Of a stretch of DNA of 64,000 nt, positions 57,316-64,000 are shown in pieces. The notes under the pieces were generated by a model. It saw nothing but the letters and a program-made list of their open reading frames with translations. It searched no databases and was not told the DNA's origin. How positions within the stretch are numbered: position 1 is the first letter of the stretch; the number at the start of each line of letters is the position of its first letter. This stretch comes from Nymphaea colorata (taxonomy: Eukaryota). The position numbers and the translations under genes are program-made. The stretch spans positions 28,458,001-28,522,000 of the forward strand of contig NC_045138.2 in NCBI RefSeq assembly GCF_008831285.2, in the 5' to 3' direction.

Positions 57316-60143
57316 GGAAAGCTTCGAGTGTCTTACTGGCTGTCATTAGTTTCTAGGTTGGTTTTGTACAGTTGTCTGGTTGGAATGATCAGAGTTGTTC
57401 CGTTTTTGGTGCCTTTATTTTGTAACCTTTGAGCACAAGGAAAATATCAAACCGCTCATGCTTTTTTTCTGTATCAGATATATTCTAATTGGGGGATAGC
57501 TGGCTAGGTGTAGTTGGTCTTAGGAACTAATGGAAACTAATTTGTTTTGCTCAATTCCGGTTTTGAATTTCCAATAGGGTCTTTGTCATAGATTAATACT
57601 GGAAATTGTTTGTGTTACGAGGAATTTTCTCAACTCAAGGGATGTGAGCACTTGTTTAAATTTCTCAGAAGTTGCCGTACTGTTGCTGTTGGTACTGAAG
57701 CCGGCATGAGTCCGTGACATGTTATCACTTCTGCTGCGTGGTCCAATAGCGAGCGTGGCTTGTCCACTTTCAGATATTCATATGGTTGCCAAGTTGCTCA
57801 ATGCTTGAAGCCTTTCACATGTGAGCAGCAACATTGAATCTTCTCCAGAATGGTGTTTCCTCCCAAGTTTGGAAATTGGAAACGAAAGAAAAGTAAAGAC
57901 CGTTTACAGTTTTTGGGTCTGATATAATTTTGCCTTGGTCTTCTTTTACGCGCGGGAATGATGACAATCTGTAGTTCCCTTACCAGGTTTGCCTAGTCAT
58001 TCTGGTAACACTTAGTAGACTCAATCCCGGTAGTTGAAGATACATGCTAAGACAGGTTGTTGATTACTTTGATCCATAACTTGACAAGCCCTTTAGCTGC
58101 TTTCTGTTTAAAGTGGGAAAACCATATTATAAGCTCAATTATGAGGAAGAATGCATTCCTTGCTGGCCATAGCTTGTGCAGGCTCTTTTTCTGCCCGACT
58201 ATTTTCTCGATAAGCAACCAGCAAGTTCGTTCATCTGCTGCCCCTTTACTATCTTGCCTTCGCTCATAGTTAAGGCTGCAAAAGTCCACCTTTGGGTTCA
58301 AATTCCGAAATTTGTTCAGTGTTGGGGAAGCTGCCTACTAGCCGTGTGAACAGCTTGATGGTAGTCTCCTTACGTGCAGGTTACTTAGGCAAATGTAAGT
58401 GGCAATTTAATATGGTCAATGAGTGAGCCTGTACCATGGTTTCCTGCAGATACAGAAACTCGAAAAGGCAGACACAGCCACAGTTGATCAGTTACAGCAG
58501 ATTACAACAGAGCAGGAACACTCAAGACAAGTATGTCAGCAATTTGGTACCCACTGGGAGCCATGATTCAGTGAAACTGAGTCCAAGGAGTCAAGCCATT
58601 GATGCAATCCTCATTAATGGAAGGCTCCTGCAGGTTTACAAATTACAATGTCATCAACTTTGATCTGCGATACATGAAGTTGGTCAGCTCTGCCCCAGTA
58701 GCCAGAAAGAAAGTAAATGCACAAAAAAGCCGAGAAAGAAAGTAAAGAAAGGCAAAATATAAAGCCGCGCGGAGCTGTACTTTGGTCTACGTTTTAATGA
58801 TCAGCCTCTGCTGCGGAGTCATTGCAAGTGTACAAGAGCCGGAGTAAGTAATGCGGATTTTCAAGTTCGAAAGAGCAACTAAAGAGGCAAAATTGATTGG
58901 GTTGAAAAAAACCAAAACTGTAAGTTGATTTTGCAGAAATTTATTGCTTTCAAATCTCTTCACGAGATGAAAATTAGTGCTAGTGCGTCCTTGTCTTCAG
59001 GGTCCACATTACTTTTGTTGGTTCCAGGGCTGGAAGTTTTGGTGGAGGTGCATTTCTTCCCAGGTCAGGTGCGTCCGTTCGGCCGATTAGCTGGGGTAAA
59101 AATTTTCACCGCATTTTGGGGCCACAGGGATCGGACGTGAAAAAAATTTCACCTGCATATTTTGCCTGTCGTGCCCAGTTTCATCGTGGTAACTGGGTAG
59201 CTCTGTCTTCTTTTGATCATGACTAGGGTCTTCTCACATTCAAATGCAACAAAAAGTCATCTCAAGAATAACTCTTCATGCATAAGTTTCATTCCAGGAT
59301 AAGTTATTGAGGACAAGATGCTGTGGGAGCTGAAACAGGGCTGGATGATTAACAACCCCTGATCTCATTACCGAATGAAGCCAGAAGGACAGAGCAAACT
59401 TCGGGAAAGATCTTGGCTTTAAAATGACCTAGCTAACACCGATTAGTAAACTAAAAACACTTCCAAAAAAATCTACCAATAGTTCAAATAAGGCACCTAG
59501 AAGCCACTGATGAGGCCAACGAGAACAGTAACTAGCATGAGAAGAGTTACGAAATCTATAGTTCTTATTGATGAATTTGAGCAGATCAAGAGTTGTATCA
59601 GATGCTAATATTTACACTATTGTATAACTCCCATCAATTGTATCCATCATTTGATGTTTTTGTTACAGTGGAACATAGTGATACTACGAACAAGACCAAT
59701 AAACGTAAACCTGAAGTGATCCAAGTAGGAAAACGTTACACTTTGTTTTCCAAATTGTATAATTCCTTCTTCATTCTTCTTTTCTGATAGGTGATGCTGT
59801 CTGTATCCTAAAACTTTTACTCTCACAGATATGCAACCACTTCCTCTTTTCTGATAGGGAGTGCGGTCTGTATCCTAAAACTTTAATCTACAACCACTTT
59901 TGTCTTGCATCATTCACTTGCCCTGTGCCTTCTGTCTTGAGGCAGTAATTAACTAAACTAGAGTCCTTTGATTACCGAACGTCAAAACTCATGCCCTTAA
60001 GCATGTATACTAAACTTTATGACTCGAAAGTAGTTGGTCTGCCTCCTGTATCCATGCCAATATGCTCATGTGCCTGCTTACTCCACAGCCCACATGCACG
60101 TCTGGATGATAAGCAAAAATTGCACAACACAACCTTCTGGATA

Positions 60144-63100
60144 TCAAACATTGCAATCTCCATTGCCCATTGCGGAGTGAAGATCCCTGCCTCTGCTGCT
60201 GCCCAATCGAAGAGGCATCCCATATAGCAGCGGAACACCATCTCGGTCGCTGATCGGCTTCTCGGCCACTGGGGACGGGGCATTGCCTGAATTTGCCCCA
60301 TGCCAGACCAAGACATCTACAACATCCTTCATTGATGGCCGGTTCGCAGGAAGGGCGTTTGTGCAGAGGAGGCCTAGCTTGAAGACGGCAATCATGTCCT
60401 CTGCTACATGAGGGTTATAGATACGTTTGTCCATGGCTTCTTCAAGTGGCCTACCTGCGCGAACCAAGCGCCAAGCCCAGTCTGCTAGGCTCAGCTCCTC
60501 CTCTCTGTTGTAGGCTTCCTTTCCAGTAACAAGCTCTAATAATACCACCCCGAAGCTGTAGACATCAGTCTTTCCGTTCACCTTCACGGAGTATGCACAT
60601 TCTGCATGCAGCCAATAATATTAACACAGTGAGCAGAAAGATGATAGCCGCCCCCCTGGCACAACCAAATTAAGCTTGACATGTCCAAGATTGGCTCAGA
60701 CTCAGAATGAATTGAGCCAATATGAAACGCATAAAGAAAATGAGCAAATTGAGTTGAGTTCAAATCAAGTAGTTGTAAGTTAAAACACATGGAGGCCTCT
60801 ATTCTAAACATGTTAGGTATCAACTTGATTGAATTTGGTAGAATGAAAGAAAATTAAAATCCCAAAACCTTGTTCTGACAGTCTAAAATCAGCAAAAATT
60901 TGAACTCTTAGCTGATCGATTCAAGCCAAGTTTGTTCATTTGCAAAGAAAGGGAAGGAAAGAAAATAAAAGAAATTCTACAAGTTTCTTATCAGCTATAT
61001 AATATGTTACGTTTAGAATGCATTAGTTACTAATGGATATGGTTAAATAGGCGGAATCGGCCACTTCAAGGGACGATAGGACTCGGAGAGAGAGAGTCTC
61101 ACCAGGCGCCATGTACCCGAAGGAACCAGCAACGGCCGTGACGGTGTTGGCTTCTCCTGGTCCGGAAATCATACGGGCCAACCCGAAATCGGCGATCTTG
61201 GGAGTGAAGTCGGCGTCCAAAAGAATGTTGCTGCTCTTCACGTCCCTGTGAATCACCGGCGGCGAGCACTCGTGGTGCATGTAGCAAAGGCCCTGTGCCG
61301 AGCCGATCGCGACTCGGTACCGCGTCGGCCAATCGAGAACCGAGTCGAGGCTGCGGAGCCAACGGTCCAGGCTGCCCCTCTCCATGAATTCGTAGACGAG
61401 GAGGCGGGAATCTTCGCCGGAGATGCTGCAGAGGAGCTTCACCACGTTGTAGTGGCGGATCCCGCCGAGTACCTCCACCTCCGCCTGGAATTCCCGCTCC
61501 CTCTTCTTGTCCACCTTCTGACCGTCCCAGATCCGCTTCACGGCGACAGCGCCATCGCCGATGGGGACGCGGTAGACCTGTCCGGTGCCTCCCTGGCCCA
61601 CCAAGCGGTCCTCCGACATTCCCAGCCGGATATCTTCCTCCGTGAAGCGCAGCTTCTGGAAAGAGGTGAGCTTCCAGGAGGCGTAGTCGCCGAACTCACG
61701 CCTTCGCCGGATATAAGTCCGGACGAGCGCCGTCGCCAACGCGGTGGTAAGGAGGCCGAGGACCCCGACGACCGTGAGGATCGCGATAAGTGCTGTTGGA
61801 GAGGCCTCCTTCGACCGGCGGCTACCATCAGAAGAGCACTTTCGGAGGGTCCGAGTCAGGGAAGGGTCAGAGGCGCAAAGGCCGGAGTTCTGGAGGAAGC
61901 TCTGATCAAATGCTGCATTATCGAAGGCGTGGGGTACCTTTCCCGAGAGGGCGTTGCCCGACAGGTTGAGGAAGGTGACCGTCTGTATGTTGAGGGAGGC
62001 CGGTATCTCACCTGTTAGTTGGTTCTCCGAAAGATCGAGGCTGTTCAGGGACGGCAGGTTGGTAATAGACGCGGGGATGCTGCCGGTGAGCTGGTTGTGA
62101 CTCAGGTCCAGGATATTTAGCTTTTCCAACAAGCCGATTGCGGACGGTATCTGGCCGGTAAAACGATTGTTATCGAGATATAAATCTGTGAGGTTGTGCA
62201 ATTGCGCCAGGCTCGCAGGAATTTCGCCTGAGAATTTGTTCCCACTTGCTTGTATTAGCTGAAAATTTGCACTGTTCGAGAAATTTGCAGGGAATGGGCC
62301 GGAGAAGTTGTTGTTCTGGATCTCAAGCCAAGCGAGGTTTGAAGGCAAGGCACTCGGTAGCTCGCCGGAGAAGGAGTTATCCCCGATCCTCAAGTATTGT
62401 AGACTCTTGTAAGACCACACGCCTTCCGGAATCTCACCAGAGAGTCGGTTGTTCTGTGCCTGGATCGCCAACAAGTTAGGGCACTGGCCCAGTCCCTCTG
62501 GCAGCCTCCCGGAAAAGCTGTTCATGTAAACGCTGAACGTTTGAAGGGCGCCGTTCCTGCATAGGTCTTCCGGCAACTCGCCGGTGAACCTGTTCATGTC
62601 TATCTCGAAGTAGGTAAGGTTAGAGTTCCGGCCGAGATCGGGCGGCAAGGTGCCGTTCAAGCTGTTGTTGAAGAGCTTCAAGTACTGCAACGTCGAAATC
62701 TGGGCTATCGCCTGCGGAATCTCGCCTGAGAGCTGATTTTGGTAGAGGTAGAGGTTGGTCAAACCTCGCAGCTTGACGATGTCCGTCGGTATCGTCCCCG
62801 TCAGGCGGTTCGAGCTCAGATCAATCTGCGTCAACCAGACGGACAGGATCGGCCGGGGAATCTCCCCCGTCAGATCGTTATCATTGAGAAACACGGACGT
62901 CAGGTTCGGAAGCTGGAAGAGTCCCGCCGGTATAGACCCAGTCAACGCGTTCTTGGAGAGGTCGAGCCATTCGAGCGCGATCAAATTCCGGAACCCATCG
63001 GGAATGGGTCCAGTGAGGTTGGCGTGCTTCAGTTCCAGCAAGCGCAGCCGCCCGAGCCTCCCGATTTCCGGCGGAAGCGCCGCCGGCGCAAAAGGGTTGT

Positions 63101-63677
63101 TCGTCAGTCTGAGCTCCTCCAGGCTTGAGAGGTTACCAATTTCCGGCGATATCAGCCCGTCTAGGAGGTTCTCGTGGAGGTAGAGTAACCGGAGCGCCGC
63201 GAGGCGAGAGAGGCCCGCAGGGACGTCACCGACAAAGTAGTTGCTCGAGAGGTCGAGCGTCTGAAGGCGGGCAAGGAGACCGACGCCTTCCGGGATGGGT
63301 CCCCCGAAGTAATTCTGTGAAAGGTTAAGAAATACGAGGCTGGAGCAGCGGAGGAGAGAGGAGGGAATGCTTCCATTGAAGTTGTTGTTGGAAATGTCGA
63401 GAAATGTCAGACTGGCGAGGTCGCACAGAGACGGGGGAAGCTGGCCGTCGAGGTTCTGGCTTTGGAGATTCAGGCCGGTGACGGTGTTGGTGGAAGGCGA
63501 GCAGGAGACGCCCAGCCAGGAGCAGTGATTGAGGTTGGATGAGTTCCACGAAATGAGCAATGAAGGGTTGCCCCAAAACTGCTTGATGCCGAGAAGCGTG
63601 TGGCCATCGTCGGAAGAGACGACCGAGAAGAGGAGGAGGAGGAAGGAGGAGACGAGGAGAGAGGTGGCGGTCGCCAT
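60144..63677 (-). CDS. HSL3: LRR receptor-like kinase, HSL3/NUT-like (LRR-XI), 1010 aa; exons 63677-61103 and 60601-60144
   Basis: Signal peptide from MATATSLL (ATG at 63677), LRRs, TM, WKLTSFQKLRFTEEDI, VAVKRIW...EFQAEVEVLGGIRHYNVVKLLCSIS, HRDVKSSNILL, DFG, AGSFGYMAP, TGKEA...SLADWAWR. One GT-AG intron at the APE motif. The clade call comes from recalled motifs. Confidence 0.85.
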
Positions 63678-64000
63678 TGTTGGCGGCGACGTGGTGCAAG
63701 GCAACTCGGATGGCGAGTTCAGGGTGATATAGTCGTCGGGGTGCGGTGGGCTGTTGGTGCTGGTGGCTCGGGGCTTCGTGGGTCCGTGGCCTCGTCTAGT
63801 ACCTTGAGTAAACAAAAGAAAATGGAAGAAAACGTTGCCGGAGGATCAGATTCCGGGACCCAGTTTGAATGGCTAAGCAAAGTCTGGGCTCAAACTCTCG
63901 TTCTGGAGAGAGATGGAGCTGGCTTTTGTTGACCCACAGTTTCTTTCACGTTCCGCAAGGAAGAGCAGCGCCGCCTTCACACCTCTCAATCATCAATGTG

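Noticed and set aside
57316..60143. Search for a CLE, CTNIP or other peptide gene, or a miRNA hairpin, between the two receptors
   Set aside because: No signal-peptide ORF with a peptide motif and no convincing hairpin seen.
61248..63328. Long antisense ORFs over the LRR-RLK exons (also at 53139-54840)
   Set aside because: Expected shadow ORFs of GC-rich coding sequence.
63678..63815. 46-aa N-terminal extension of the HSL3-like ORF
   Set aside because: Non-ATG start; the signal peptide begins at the ATG at 63677, so this is 5' UTR.

Overview
Flowering-plant nuclear DNA with two distinct halves; the species cannot be fixed from the sequence alone. The left half (about 1-33 kb) is a transposon-rich, rearranged array of intronless aromatic amino-acid (tyrosine/DOPA-type) decarboxylase genes. 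It holds one intact copy (7673-9202, minus strand) and four decayed copies, one of them inverted. Interspersed are degenerate Ty1/copia elements, a young TRIM and MITE-like repeats. A three-piece plastid DNA mosaic (atpB + ycf2 + rpoA) sits inside one copia RT domain. The right half (about 33-64 kb) is gene space. It contains a small three-exon gene that the ORF track misses (about 104 aa, with an AT-hook-like N-terminus), a nine-exon hexokinase with a shortened N-terminal anchor, and two convergent LRR-XI receptor kinases. One kinase is BAM1-like with an extra intron; the other is HSL3/NUT-like. All family assignments come from motifs recognised by eye, with no database search.
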